Shown here: piece after piece, positions 49,411-59,939 of the stretch
Numbering within the stretch: the stretch's first letter is position 1
Layout: the number at the start of each line of letters is the position of its first letter
Source: Nitrososphaerota archaeon
GTDB lineage: Archaea > Thermoproteota > EX4484-205 > JAAOZP01
Direction of reading: 5' to 3'
DNA: 64,000 nt
NCBI GenBank assembly: GCA_011605725.1
Contig: JAAOZP010000004.1
Span: 1 to 64,000 of the forward strand
Translations under genes and position numbers: made by a program
Notes under the pieces: model-generated
What the model was told of the DNA's origin: nothing
What the model saw: the letters and a program-made list of their open reading frames with translations, nothing else
Database searches by the model: none

Positions 49411-51165
49411 TTATCCTCTAGCCAACTTAACTGTTCTTTCAACTGCCTCCCATATTTTGGATTTGAATAGTTCTTCTTTCTTATCTTCCTGGAGGTTTTT
49501 TATAAAATCGTATGCTTCATTGGGATGGATTTTTTCTCCTTCCTGCCTTTCCCAGCCCAGCTTCTTGATCTCGTCCTCTAACTCTCTATCAAGTTTGATG
49601 CATACATTTTGATCAATAAGATCGCCGAGCTCAACATCATGATCCGCTAAGATTATGAACGGTATCTCATATTTCCTTAATAACTTAATCCACTTTTTAA
49701 AGTTCTCTTTACCGCCTACATCCACGACGGTCACATCGTTTTGATCAAGTATATTCTCTTTCAATTCTGAGATCGCTATAACTGTAGCGTGATCCGCCGG
49801 GCCCTCTACCAGGAGAACGCTGTTAGAAAAGAATACTTCTGGTCGGAATTCATGCCGTTGAATTGCAAAACCGTTCGTCGGCGCTATGACCGTGCTTTCG
49901 TTATCATCCTTTCTCACATAAATCAGCCTCCTATCTTGTGTGCCTTGCAGTAGACTAAGGTCAACAAAGTATGGCGAATGCGTTACTATTATTGTCTGCA
50001 CGTCTTTCTTATCCATCAATATTTTACTTAGCAAGGTTATTTTCGTTTGGTGGAGGTGGAGAGCTGGTTCATCGAGTATAAGAATAGGATGTTCCGGAGC
50101 CGATATTAATGAAAGCATATAGAGAGCTTCAAAATAACCTGACGCACTCTCATGTAATCTAACACGCTTAGAACCCTCCTTTATGACTACGTATCTTTTC
50201 TTTCCAGTTAGAGCAGAGGTTTCTTCTTCATAAACGTCAAACTCTATGGACTGAAATATTTTTTGGAAATCCTGCTTTAATTTATCGTAGTTCTCAGCTA
50301 AAGGCTCTTTATTCTTTAGATCGAAAAGATTATTCGCTAGCTCTTCCAAAGAGGGCCTATGCTCAGATATGAAACATAGCCTATTCTCTAGCATTACCGC
50401 AAGCAACGTCCAAAAGGATGAGTGTCCTGTAAAACTGTATCTGGAGAGTTCTTTTATTGCATTCATAACATATTGTTTATCACGGTTTGTAAGGTATATA
50501 GTATCATCTATGTGAAATCTTGAACAATGAGATTGCTCAAAAAGGGTTTTTATATAAGTAGTGTCAAAATTGAGGGTCAGAGAAGGCATGTTTTTCTGCA
50601 TCTCCGGGAATTCCCTGCGAGAAGATTCATTTAATAGCTCTAATGCTTTTCCGGGATCTTCTCTAGAAATCGTTTGGGGCAACATTCCCCGATAGGCAAC
50701 ATATGATTCTCCTTCTCTACAGGAAGAATATAATATGATTCCATTATCAAACTATAGCGCCACGAAATCTGGTCGCACCTCTGCCGTGTCGGCAGTCGGC
50801 TTCCAGTATACGATCAGGGTTGAAATCTCATAGTCCTTATAGTAGGATTCGAGTTCTTCTGGAGGAGTATCCTTTCTGCTAACAGAATCAAGCAGTAAAT
50901 TTACTTCGCTTTCAGAAAATTCTACTCTCATATTTATTGAGCATTCAGAATTTTTATTAAACCTTAACTCATTTGAGATACCAGTGAGTGAAAGGCTTGG
51001 AGGACCAGAAGAGGGTGCACTAGGTTTAGTCAGGAGTTTCAATATTCTGATGAGGTTTGTCTTTCCACTCGCGTTTCTGCCTACTATAACATTATAGTTT
51101 CCAAAGCTGAAGCTAGCATCCTTATAGCTGTACAAATTCTTTATTTGTATGCTTTTAATCTTCAT
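49411..51165 (-). pseudogene. OLD-family ATP-dependent nuclease (ABC ATPase plus TOPRIM), interrupted by an in-frame TAG at 50752-50754
   Basis: IKNLYSY, GRNASGKTN, SASG, ILDEPALHLH, VTHSP, LLVEGPAD, ILADHD; the frame continues past the TAG (FDNGIILY..). Confidence 0.82.
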
Positions 51166-51323
51166 TCACAATAGCAATGTTAAATTAAACTAATAAATTT
51201 TAAGACATGATGGATTGACTATGAATTTTGGTAGGAAAGTGCCTAATCCGGAAAAATAACGCTTAATGCTAGTTAGAGGAAAGAATGAAGAACCTTCTCG
51301 AATAACCTTTTTCATCAAGAGCC

Positions 51324-51538
51324 TGGCGTGCACTAGTTTTCTAATCTAATGACTATTCCAAAAATTCTATTAACATAGAATATACAAACACGAATACCGT
51401 GCCTTCCCTCCGGACATTTCTACGTTCTGCTTCGCCAGAAAATTGGGCATTAACCCCTTTACTGCGTACCCTCTTTCAGCATACTCGACACGATCATACA
51501 TCTCTGTGTCTTTTAGAAACATCCCGGGTAGCGCGCTA
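51324..51538. repeat. Two GC-linker copies (TGGCGTGCACTA 51324-51335; TAGCGCGCTA 51529-51538) bracketing an unidentified fragment of about 190 bp
   Basis: Decayed and short variants. Confidence 0.6.
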
Positions 51539-51664
51539 AATTCTGGTGGGACATATAAACTTTTAACATGGGCTAAAAGTTTCAGCATTATCCATTAACA
51601 GTTGGCATTCGTACGTCTGAAGATTCATAGTTCATACTTACCTTTTCTCAAATCTTCTCTAACA

Positions 51665-52996
51665 CTATTTTGCCATCTTAAGATTTGCTCTTTTTATCTT
51701 CTTATGAAAGAATGGTATTAGAATAAAGCATAACGTTGCAAAAGCAATATGTCCACGAGCCAATATCGTAGTGGTCTCTTCTAAGTGGTATACTATGAGG
51801 GATATGAGATAACTATAGGTGCTACTCAACAGACAGTACCCTGTTACTAGAAGGAATGCAAAATCCTTCAGGCTCTTAAGATTAAAAACATCCCTATTCA
51901 AGTATGCGTAATAGCCTAGTATAATTGATTGGCCAATTATCCAGAATGAAGCGCCTACAGGAGAGTATTCTGATGAGAAGAAAGCTGGCATGTTGAAGAA
52001 CAGATTTAAAGGTATGGGGAGGAAGTACCAGAAGAACCTAAACCGCAGTTTCTTAAGCCATATTTCAAGCGCGGTTCCTGAAAAAATGAAAACCAGTAGA
52101 TTGCCGAGGAGATGATCGTAACTATTGTGAAAGAGGAATGAGGAAAAAGCTTCAACCCATCTTGAGATGCTGTTCCAATAGTTGAGCATGATGAAATCCA
52201 TGCCTGTACCTATGAACACGTAAATTGCTAACATTATAATGCTCATGGCTAGTGTACACCAGGGAGTATTCTTACTTACGATGTGCATGACGCGTAGGGT
52301 CTTCGAATTAAGCGAATTATTGCTATTTTTCAATGTGAAGCGGAAAAACAGATTAATTGTTATCAAAGCCACGGAGATTGAGCAGAAAGCTAGAAATACT
52401 ATAGCGGTGGTTAAAAACCAGCTTTTATGATGAGGAAAAGGCAACTCGTCTACTACAGAGCCTTTAACGTTTCCAGTATAGGAGTTGCTCGCGAAAACCA
52501 TTTCCATGCCTAAACGGTTTCTGACGAAGGCTGCAAAGTAGATGGTGACCATAGTAATGTTTGGCGAGGCTCTTTGAATATTGAGATGAGGGTAAGAATA
52601 GAAAAATATGGTGGATGCGTCAAATGCTAGTTTTGTCATGTTCCTGAAGAATGAGAAGGTTACCAGTATCGGCTCTTTAGAATCTATCTTGTAAAAGTCT
52701 ACGGATAGCGATGAATAATCATCATAACCAGGCAAGCCTCTGGCGATAGCATCGTATTTATCGTTACTTATGCTCTCTACATCCGAAAGCGTGAAATTCC
52801 CTATGTACGTGTTAAAAGAGAAATCACTAACTGTCCCATTTGTCCAAATCATTAGGCTGAACTGAGCACGGCTCGGCGTTAAATCATGAAACAAGAAATA
52901 ATATCCTACTGAAAATACGATAAACACTACTAATATGAAAATGATTACCATGCATACCGTAAGTTTCCTATCTTTTGCTAGTTCAGTGAGTTCCAT
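51665..52996 (-). CDS. Rhomboid-family intramembrane protease with N-terminal extracellular domain
   Basis: FLFHNSYDHLLGN, PVGASF (GxS), RGHIAF; multiple TMs. Confidence 0.72.
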   Translation of the reverse strand: MELTELAKDRKLTVCMVIIFILVVFIVFSVGYYFLFHDLTPSRAQFSLMIWTNGTVSDFSFNTYIGNFTLSDVESISNDKYDAIARGLPGYDDYSSLSVDFYKIDSKEPILVTFSFFRNMTKLAFDASTIFFYSYPHLNIQRASPNITMVTIYFAAFVRNRLGMEMVFASNSYTGNVKGSVVDELPFPHHKSWFLTTAIVFLAFCSISVALITINLFFRFTLKNSNNSLNSKTLRVMHIVSKNTPWCTLAMSIIMLAIYVFIGTGMDFIMLNYWNSISRWVEAFSSFLFHNSYDHLLGNLLVFIFSGTALEIWLKKLRFRFFWYFLPIPLNLFFNMPAFFSSEYSPVGASFWIIGQSIILGYYAYLNRDVFNLKSLKDFAFLLVTGYCLLSSTYSYLISLIVYHLEETTTILARGHIAFATLCFILIPFFHKKIKRANLKMAK

Positions 52997-53305
52997 TTAC
53001 TCATCCTCCTCTTTACTTGGCAAAATATATTTTTTCAACTCTGAATAGATAAGTGTACTTATAACAATTAACGTTATAATTGTTAATCCAGCATGTTTAC
53101 GACCCTCCATATCTAAGGAGGGTACAACTAAAAACATATACGACAGCACGCCGAGAAGAAGACAGTATAGCGCTGCATCAAGTATCAGGAAAGCTTTTCT
53201 TCGACCGTAAATAGCAACCCTTCTCCTAATCTCCTCAATCCATTGTCTCCAAGTTCTTGCTAAATATTCTGCCATGCAGTCCCAAAGTTTTCCAATCATT
53301 CTCAT
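52997..53305 (-). CDS. Small 2-TM membrane protein
   Basis: Two hydrophobic helices, abuts the rhomboid start. Confidence 0.55.
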   Translation of the reverse strand: MRMIGKLWDCMAEYLARTWRQWIEEIRRRVAIYGRRKAFLILDAALYCLLLGVLSYMFLVVPSLDMEGRKHAGLTIITLIVISTLIYSELKKYILPSKEEDE

Positions 53306-53366
53306 GCATTCAGATCAGCAAATTGCTTAAATAAATGTCATGCAAACAGTTGAATGAAGAAAAGTA

Positions 53367-54035
53367 ATGAGGTCATGGATGGGGAAGACGCTGGTGGAAA
53401 TTAGTAACGTAGAGTTTGACAGGAGCCGTTTTCGAAGATATTACGGTAATATAGGCGAGATGGTAGCTGAGGAATTTCTCGTAAGAAGAGGGTTTAGCGT
53501 GTGGCTATTTACACCGTATTCTTCATACGAGTCTCCCCTCCGGAAAAGGGGAGATTTAGGCAGAGGTGGATTACTCCATTACCTTAGCTATCTTTACTTA
53601 AAGCCGCCGGATAGAAACGATCTCGGAAGCAAATACATTGTGAAATATGGAGGGGCATCCTATGTTTTGTCGCGGGGAGTCGAAGATTATCATCATAGGC
53701 TTAAAGAGCTGAAGAACTTCTTTGGTGAAAAACTAGAGGCTTTTAGTAAATACGTGGAGGAATTAGGCATAGTCAGGAAAACGAGTGATGCTGAACCGGT
53801 TGAAATATTGCCAGAACAGGAGGAAACTAAGTATTACCCTGATTTGGTTGCGAAGAAGAGTGGTGAAATATATGTTGTTGAGGTTAAGACCAACACTGGG
53901 CTTGGATATTTAAAAGGAGCTAAACTTAAAGGACTACTGTTAGCCGAAAAGTATGGGTTCATCCCCACGGTAATTTCATTGAACATTGACGTAGAGGCAA
54001 CTAATTTAAAAATGATATCACTTGCAAGGTTCTGA
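53367..54035 (+). CDS. PD-(D/E)xK endonuclease-like protein
   Basis: GNIGEMVAEEFL, YPDLVAKK..YVVEVKT. Confidence 0.72.
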   Translation: MRSWMGKTLVEISNVEFDRSRFRRYYGNIGEMVAEEFLVRRGFSVWLFTPYSSYESPLRKRGDLGRGGLLHYLSYLYLKPPDRNDLGSKYIVKYGGASYVLSRGVEDYHHRLKELKNFFGEKLEAFSKYVEELGIVRKTSDAEPVEILPEQEETKYYPDLVAKKSGEIYVVEVKTNTGLGYLKGAKLKGLLLAEKYGFIPTVISLNIDVEATNLKMISLARF

Positions 54036-54056
54036 TGCTTTCTTTATTAATCATCC

Positions 54057-54085
54057 TAGCGGGCGCTAGCGTGCGTCGCGCGCTA
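54057..54085. repeat. Concatenated GC-linkers TAGCGGGCGCTAGCGTGCGTCGCGCGCTA
   Basis: Two to three fused or decayed units sharing TA. Confidence 0.75.
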
Positions 54086-54225
54086 ATTCATTGGTTGAAA
54101 TTATTCGGAATACTGGTTTTCGTGGTTGCATCCGCCAGAAGATGAAGAATATATCCGAGTAGTCATGTAGACAACACCAGTAGGACAAGAGCGAAAAGAG
54201 ATGCGATGAAAAGTATTAAAAAGGT

Positions 54226-54311
54226 TAGCGCGCGCTTTTAGCTTCAAAACTATGGGAACGATAATACAGATTGCTATTGCCCCAGTGACAAAATAGAGCC
54301 AGTGTGCGCTT
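54226..54311. repeat. GC-linkers TAGCGCGCGCTT (54226-54237) and CAGTGTGCGCTT (54300-54311)
   Basis: One intact and one decayed copy. Confidence 0.75.
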
Positions 54312-54485
54312 AACTTGGCTTTTAGTTGAATAACCTTGCTTTCAATTGGGGATTTAGAAAGCTATTCTCCTTTATTCCTTCTGGTTCTTTAGGAATTTCC
54401 AATGGTACAAGTTCTCCGATGAACTTCTGTTTTTAAGCTTTTGGCGAAGAAAAATTTTTAAGCTTAGATTTAGAAAACAAGCTGG

Positions 54486-55617
54486 ATGTCAAGCTACGAA
54501 CAAATTGAAGGATTTGAGTATTGGAATAAAGGAGCTTGGGAAAAATTCGTTAAAGATCACATTCTTCCTCTTCATATTTCGTCGAGCAAGCTTTTAAAGC
54601 TAAGAGAAGAAATTCTTTCAAGAACAGAGGGGAGAAAAACTGTCAGACTTAGACGACAACTTACTAAAATTTTTACTTGGAGGCATTAACGAAGAAGGAG
54701 ACTATGAAAAGAATAGCTTAGCCTTGTTCATTAAAAATGCCTTTGGAATTTATGTGGATTCAAAACAATATGTTGCTCTAGCAAAAGAAGGAATCAATCC
54801 TCTTGCATACGCTAAAGTTGAAGTTGACGCAGAAACAGAGTTCATTAAGTTTCTAAGAAATCTAAGTTCATTATCTTCAGGAATAGTTAGCAAAGTTGGA
54901 TTAGAAACTACTGAAGTAAAAGAAGTTGAGGAATTAATTAGAGAACCTGAGAAGATACTTGAAGTTTTAAGGGAACTTTATGAAAAAGTTTTACTGGTAA
55001 CTGCAAACTACAACTACTATACCTTCTTTACGGTAAGTACTAGGAACTTACCTTTCTTCTATCTTACGAAGGCATATCCAAAGCTTATAGAGAGTTTTGA
55101 TGAACTAAGAGAATTTTTAGGTCTTGGAGTAATCTTTGAGCCGGAAACTGAAGTACAGGATATAAAAGAAAAATGTACTATTTGGGGTCATGTGGAGGGA
55201 GGACTATGCAACTTAATATTTAACTTAAACAATTTAATCTGGGAAAGTATTAATCCAAGCTCTAATCTTTCACCAATATTTGGCTTTATTTCTCCCTCGT
55301 TTAAAGACTTAAAGAAAGAATACTTAAATAAAGCGGAAGAAAAGCTAAAACTTATAGGATGGAAGTTGCAACGACGTGACGCATTTAAAATTCTTCTCTG
55401 CGCGTTTAGCATCTCGTCAGGAATAGTTACTAAAAATTGGATTGTTAGATACCACACCCCTGACTACGGAACATATTATGATGATTCTGAAATCGCTAAA
55501 CAATATGAAGATAAAAGCTTGTTTAACGTTCTTAGCGATTTTTCACCTGCTTTATTCCTTGGATACCTTTATGTTGATATAGTCAGAAGTGATTATCTAA
55601 GTTTTCAAAGGGTGTAA
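54486..55617 (+). pseudogene. Hypothetical protein of about 376 aa, frameshifted at G4 54629-54632
   Basis: ORF 54486 joins the 54724 frame (GEKLSDLDDNLLKFLLGG..) if one G is removed. Confidence 0.6.
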
Positions 55618-55622
55618 TAAGC

Positions 55623-57401
55623 TTGCAGAAAGAAGAAGAGAAGAAAGAAGGTCTTGAAGAAGAGGAAAGGAAAAGAAGAGAGAAAGAAAAACAAAAAACT
55701 ACTAGTGTTCGTGAAGAAAGGATAGAAAAGAAAGAAGTTTCTAGAGAAGAAGGAAAAGAGGCTGAAGCTCAAGAAGTTTTAATAATTCCAATATTAAAAT
55801 TAGAGAAACCCTCTTTTGAAACCTATAAGTTAAAGTTAAACATTAAAGTTCCAGAAATAAAGAGAGAAGAAATGGTTGTGAATATACCATTCGTTAAACC
55901 TCAAGAAAAACCTTCAGTTGTAGTTGAGCAAAAATTTAACGACAGGATAGTAATTATAGAGCGAGAAGAAATTTTATCTACTATTCCAATTCTTAGGCTG
56001 GAGACTTTAGCTAAAGCTCAAGTTATTCAGAAATTCGATGAAGAAGTAAGAAAAATAAAAGAAGAACGAATAGAACCTTTAATACCATTCTACAACGTAG
56101 AACGATTTTCTTTACCAAGATACTTAGAAAGCCTTAATTCAAATGTTTTGACCGCTGATGAAATTACGAAGCTAAAAGTAAAAAGTGTAGAAGAGTTAAA
56201 GGAGAAAGTAGGAACTGGAGAAGCTGGGGTACCTCCTGCTGGTGAAGAAGAAATTCCTGATTTCCTTAAGTTTTCGTTTGGTAGTGAAGGAGGAAAGATT
56301 AGAAGAAAAGGCCCAAAGATAATATTGTTTAAAGATGTTAAGAAAGATAGTTATATTAATTTCTTAGAAAACGTATGCTTAAGGGTTTACAGAGAAATTG
56401 AGGGAGGAGAACCAGAAGCCGTAAAAATTGAAAAGATAGATCATTTAAACAAAGAAGAGATTGAAAGACGGTTAGAAGCCGGTGGAAAAATCTTTACGAT
56501 AAATTTAGATGAAATAAAGGAAGCAGACAGAGAAGAATTCGATAAGATGATGAAAAGATTTGATGTAACTCATTTAATGGAAAGATTGGAGGAAACATAC
56601 TCTAGTGGACTAGGATACATAATATTTACTACAAGAAGTGAAGAGAAATTTAAGAAGATGAAAGAAGATTTACTTAATATCAACCTAATGTCTCAAGGAA
56701 GGTTAAACATGATTTTTATGGAAGCAAGAAGCTTACCTTTAGATTTGATAAGGCTATCCTCTGGAATGGTTGACTTATTTAAACCGCCAGGAAAAGTGAT
56801 AATAGACGAAGTAATACCAACTTTCTCAACTTTCGATTATATTTTTAACGATGCTCTCTTTAAGGAAGATAGTCGGTTTAACAAAGTTCTTGAAGAAATA
56901 AAGAATGAAGAAAATGGATTATTCAAGCTTGCCACTGCTAGAAACAAAGGTCAAGAAGAATCGGATCTTCACTACAACATTAAAGTTTTCATAGTTAGAT
57001 ATCTAGTAAATAGGTTAAGAAAAGAAGGAAAACAGTTAAGAACCCTTGAAGAAATAATAAAACATATAAAGACAGAGGAAAAAAGTGAAGGAAAGGAAAC
57101 ACCTGATGTTCAGGTAGACAATGAAGTCTATGAAGTTGAGACCTTGTTTGGAGAAGGTGTAGATGCTGACAAGAAAATTGATGAAACAATTAAGAAACAT
57201 GGTAGTAAAAAGGTAAACATAGTTATGGATAATTTTGGATTTCTATTACACTTAAAGGACTTAGAAAAAAGAAAGAGACATTACAAGAATGTAGAATTTT
57301 ACACGTTGGACTTAAAGAATAAAGAATTAGTAAGCATTGAAGAATTCAAGAAAGAGTTAAGGAAAATACTTTTATCTGCAAACAACAAAGCTGATTTTTG
57401 A
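55623..57401 (+). CDS. Protein with charged N-terminus, four repeats of about 33 aa and a C-terminal PD-(D/E)xK-like domain
   Basis: IPILKLEKP/IPFVKPQEKP/IPILRLETL/IPFYNVERF repeats; ESDLHYNIK..TPDVQV..YEVETL. Confidence 0.6.
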   Translation: MQKEEEKKEGLEEEERKRREKEKQKTTSVREERIEKKEVSREEGKEAEAQEVLIIPILKLEKPSFETYKLKLNIKVPEIKREEMVVNIPFVKPQEKPSVVVEQKFNDRIVIIEREEILSTIPILRLETLAKAQVIQKFDEEVRKIKEERIEPLIPFYNVERFSLPRYLESLNSNVLTADEITKLKVKSVEELKEKVGTGEAGVPPAGEEEIPDFLKFSFGSEGGKIRRKGPKIILFKDVKKDSYINFLENVCLRVYREIEGGEPEAVKIEKIDHLNKEEIERRLEAGGKIFTINLDEIKEADREEFDKMMKRFDVTHLMERLEETYSSGLGYIIFTTRSEEKFKKMKEDLLNINLMSQGRLNMIFMEARSLPLDLIRLSSGMVDLFKPPGKVIIDEVIPTFSTFDYIFNDALFKEDSRFNKVLEEIKNEENGLFKLATARNKGQEESDLHYNIKVFIVRYLVNRLRKEGKQLRTLEEIIKHIKTEEKSEGKETPDVQVDNEVYEVETLFGEGVDADKKIDETIKKHGSKKVNIVMDNFGFLLHLKDLEKRKRHYKNVEFYTLDLKNKELVSIEEFKKELRKILLSANNKADF

Positions 57402-57553
57402 ATTAATATGAAATTAAAGTCGATGGTTTTCCTTTCTCGCTGTAAATTCGGAAGTTCTTCCCTTACAATACTTTTATTAGAACTCTCTTTGTTTGAATAA
57501 GGAAGGGTACTGACTTTCCTCCCTTCCCATTGTCATTCCCTGCAACACTGAAA

Positions 57554-57565
57554 AAGCGCGCGCTA
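57554..57565. repeat. GC-linker AAGCGCGCGCTA
   Basis: The NERD reading frame is open from this point. Confidence 0.85.
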
Positions 57566-57629
57566 TTATAGGTATCCTCTATTTGACCCAGTTTCACCTT
57601 TCTTACTCTCATATTATTTACCTTTCCAT

Positions 57630-58325
57630 GTGGCCTTTTATCATTTAATAATGGTGAGTCAAAGCAAGATTGAAGAAAGATTTTTTCATGCGTTAGATGT
57701 ATCTTTTATGCTTGCAGGGAATAAAAGTATATCCCAGAAAGAATTCCTAAATCATGGATTAAAACCTGATGAGTTTCAGAGAATGTTTTGGGAATGCAAA
57801 ATAGGAGGAGGAGAGGGGGAGGAGAACGTTGCAGAGGTTCTCAACTCCCTGAGGAGTTTTGAAACTGTTAACGATGTTGTCCTCCCGGGTGAGAAGGCTA
57901 ATATTGACCATGTTGCGGTTTCTACAAAGGGGGTTTTCGTCATCGAGACTAAGAATCATAAGGGCTTGGTCAGGTGCAGGGGAGACTCCTGGGAGCTTTT
58001 GAAAACAGGCAGGAGGGGAACCGTCTACTCCGGCAACATCGGAAACCCCAGTAAGCAGGTTAAGAGGAATGCTGTTGCATTGAGAAAATTCCTATCTGAG
58101 AAGCTTGGAGTAGTCGCCTATGTGCACGGTATCGTCTGCTTCACTAACCCTGAAGCTAGGCTGGAAGTACAGGAGCCAACGGTCACCGTGATCCACATCA
58201 CAAACCTGAAAAGCTTCTTCCAGACACTTGAAGAACAGGAAGCGTTATCCGAGCAGGAAGTTAGAAGGATCAAGGCGGAGGTTGAAAAATACTCTTACAA
58301 CAGACCTAGGGAAAAACATGTTTAA
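57630..58325 (+). CDS. NERD-domain nuclease (probably 5'-truncated)
   Basis: GGEGEENVAEVL, NIDHVAVSTKGVFVIETKNHKG, NPSKQV. Confidence 0.8.
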   Translation: MAFYHLIMVSQSKIEERFFHALDVSFMLAGNKSISQKEFLNHGLKPDEFQRMFWECKIGGGEGEENVAEVLNSLRSFETVNDVVLPGEKANIDHVAVSTKGVFVIETKNHKGLVRCRGDSWELLKTGRRGTVYSGNIGNPSKQVKRNAVALRKFLSEKLGVVAYVHGIVCFTNPEARLEVQEPTVTVIHITNLKSFFQTLEEQEALSEQEVRRIKAEVEKYSYNRPREKHV

Positions 58326-58369
58326 AAATAGCTTTGCATAATATTATTTAATGTTTCCTTAAAACCAGC

Positions 58370-58456
58370 TAGCTCGCGCTACGTAAAACCCCTGAAGAGT
58401 TAAGTTTGCATGTTCCTTCTTCATGTAAGCTTATATAAGATTAAGAGCGCGCGCGG
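58370..58456. repeat. GC-linkers TAGCTCGCGCTA (58370-58381) and GAGCGCGCGCGG (58445-58456)
   Basis: Two variant copies 63 bp apart. Confidence 0.75.
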
Positions 58457-58482
58457 AAACGTATCCTCATGCTGCTGAACTC

Positions 58483-58851
58483 ATGGAGAAAGTAGATGCG
58501 AAGGTCAAAAGGATTAAGGGCCTTGATGAAGAGGAATACTACTTTTGCTGGCCAGTTAACGTGATTGGCCTAAAAGACGTTATGGCTGAAGTTGAAAAGT
58601 TGTTGAATGAAGAAATGTTTTCGAAAAATGACCCAGAGGATAGGGAAATGGTTTTTGAATGGCTAGAGAAATTTAGTGATAGTTTTTTCAAGGAAAGAGC
58701 AAGGACTAAGAGCTTGACAAGCGATGAAGTAGATGAGTGGATTGAACGCTGGAACAAACACATGGAGCGATGGGGCAAATTCTTCAAGGGGGCTTATGAT
58801 ATTCACCGAAAGTATAATGCTGAGATGTGGTTTCTGGTAGTATCCGCATAA
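58483..58851 (+). CDS. Hypothetical protein; 5'-truncated paralog of 59018-59652
   Basis: Shared KVDxK, WPxxVxxLKxV and WGxFFxxA..RKY..WF motifs. Confidence 0.6.
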   Translation: MEKVDAKVKRIKGLDEEEYYFCWPVNVIGLKDVMAEVEKLLNEEMFSKNDPEDREMVFEWLEKFSDSFFKERARTKSLTSDEVDEWIERWNKHMERWGKFFKGAYDIHRKYNAEMWFLVVSA

Positions 58852-59021
58852 CCGCGATTCTTAATAACCTAGGCATCAAAGGTTTATACCGTGCTCTTAA
58901 CGAGTTTCTGAACACTGGTAAGTTGAAGATGCCCGATGGAACAATACTGTTGGACATAAGCCCGGATGAGGCGAGGAAAGTGGTTAAGCTACTCACGTGG
59001 GCCGGGGGTTACATACCGTGA
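58827..59021 (+). CDS. Short ORF or C-terminal gene fragment coupled to the downstream gene
   Basis: 64 aa; TGA overlaps GTG 59018 (GTGA). Confidence 0.4.
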   Translation: MVSGSIRITAILNNLGIKGLYRALNEFLNTGKLKMPDGTILLDISPDEARKVVKLLTWAGGYIP

Positions 59022-59652
59022 CCGAGGAATATATTTATATAGTTGTTCCTGATGACGCTCCGCCAGAAGCCCGGAAGGAACTAAAAGACTTGCAGTCCCA
59101 GACACTTAACGATGAGGAAAAAGGCATTACCCTCATAATCGGAATACCTTTCATGCTTCATAAGGGTTTGAAGTATATTCCGACGATACTCGCCTGGGCC
59201 TTTGAGAAGGGGGGTTCCTATGGGGATGATTATCTGGATCCCGAGGGGAAAGTTTCCAGGTGGCATTCGAGACTCATGAAGGAAGTGTACGACGAGCTTT
59301 CAAGGAAGGTCGACGTGAAGATAGAGGAGCATGCCGAGGGCAGGTTGGGGGCAGTCTGGCCCTGCGAAGTACTAGACTTAAAAGAGGTTCAGGAGGAGGC
59401 GGTGCTGCTCGCGAAATCGACAAAATCCTAGTGAAGATGGATAATAAGAGAGATTACCGGATGCTGCTTAGGCGAGCCGCCGCTCACACGAGCAGTTCGT
59501 GGGAAGAACTACCATTCGAAGAGAGGATAAGGAGGCACATGGAAATTGAGAACAGGTACTTCAGGGCATGGGGTAACTTCTTCCTGAAAGCGCTTGAGCT
59601 CCGTAGGAAATACCCGAACGCGAGATTCTGGTTCAAAACCGAAACGATTTAG
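59018..59652 (+). pseudogene. Hypothetical protein of about 210 aa, frameshifted near 59400
   Basis: MTEEYIYIV..WPCEVLDLKEV in one frame, AREIDKIL..WGNFFLKALELRRKYPNARFWF in another. Confidence 0.55.
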
Positions 59653-59680
59653 CATAAAATATCACTAATCCGGGTTTGTG

Positions 59681-59818
59681 AGAGCAGGCATTAAGCGGCG
59701 CTGCAGTCTTCACTCGTAAGCTTGTTGCAAGCGTCGAACAGAGGATTATGCTTGAGAAAGCCCTTGGCCAGGTTAAAACCGATCCCGACTGGGACCTGCC
59801 TACCCTGACGAAGAGTAG
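59681..59818 (+). pseudogene. Diverged remnant of the ppsA 3' end
   Basis: Encodes RAGI..AAVFTRKLVASVEQRIMLEKALGQVKTDPDWDLP-PDEE*, matching ppsA about 38274-38429 with mostly synonymous changes. Confidence 0.88.
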
Positions 59819-59939
59819 GGTTTTTAAAATATTAGATTTGCCAGCTTCCTCTAGCTTTTTTAACTCTTCCTTTTTCCCTTTGATTAAATAGTCTAAAGGC
59901 TTAATAATATCTTCAACCCCTTTCTAGGGTTGGAATACA

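Noticed and set aside
38430-59818. Intact provirus or integrative plasmid
   Set aside because: No integrase, replication, capsid or conjugation genes recognised
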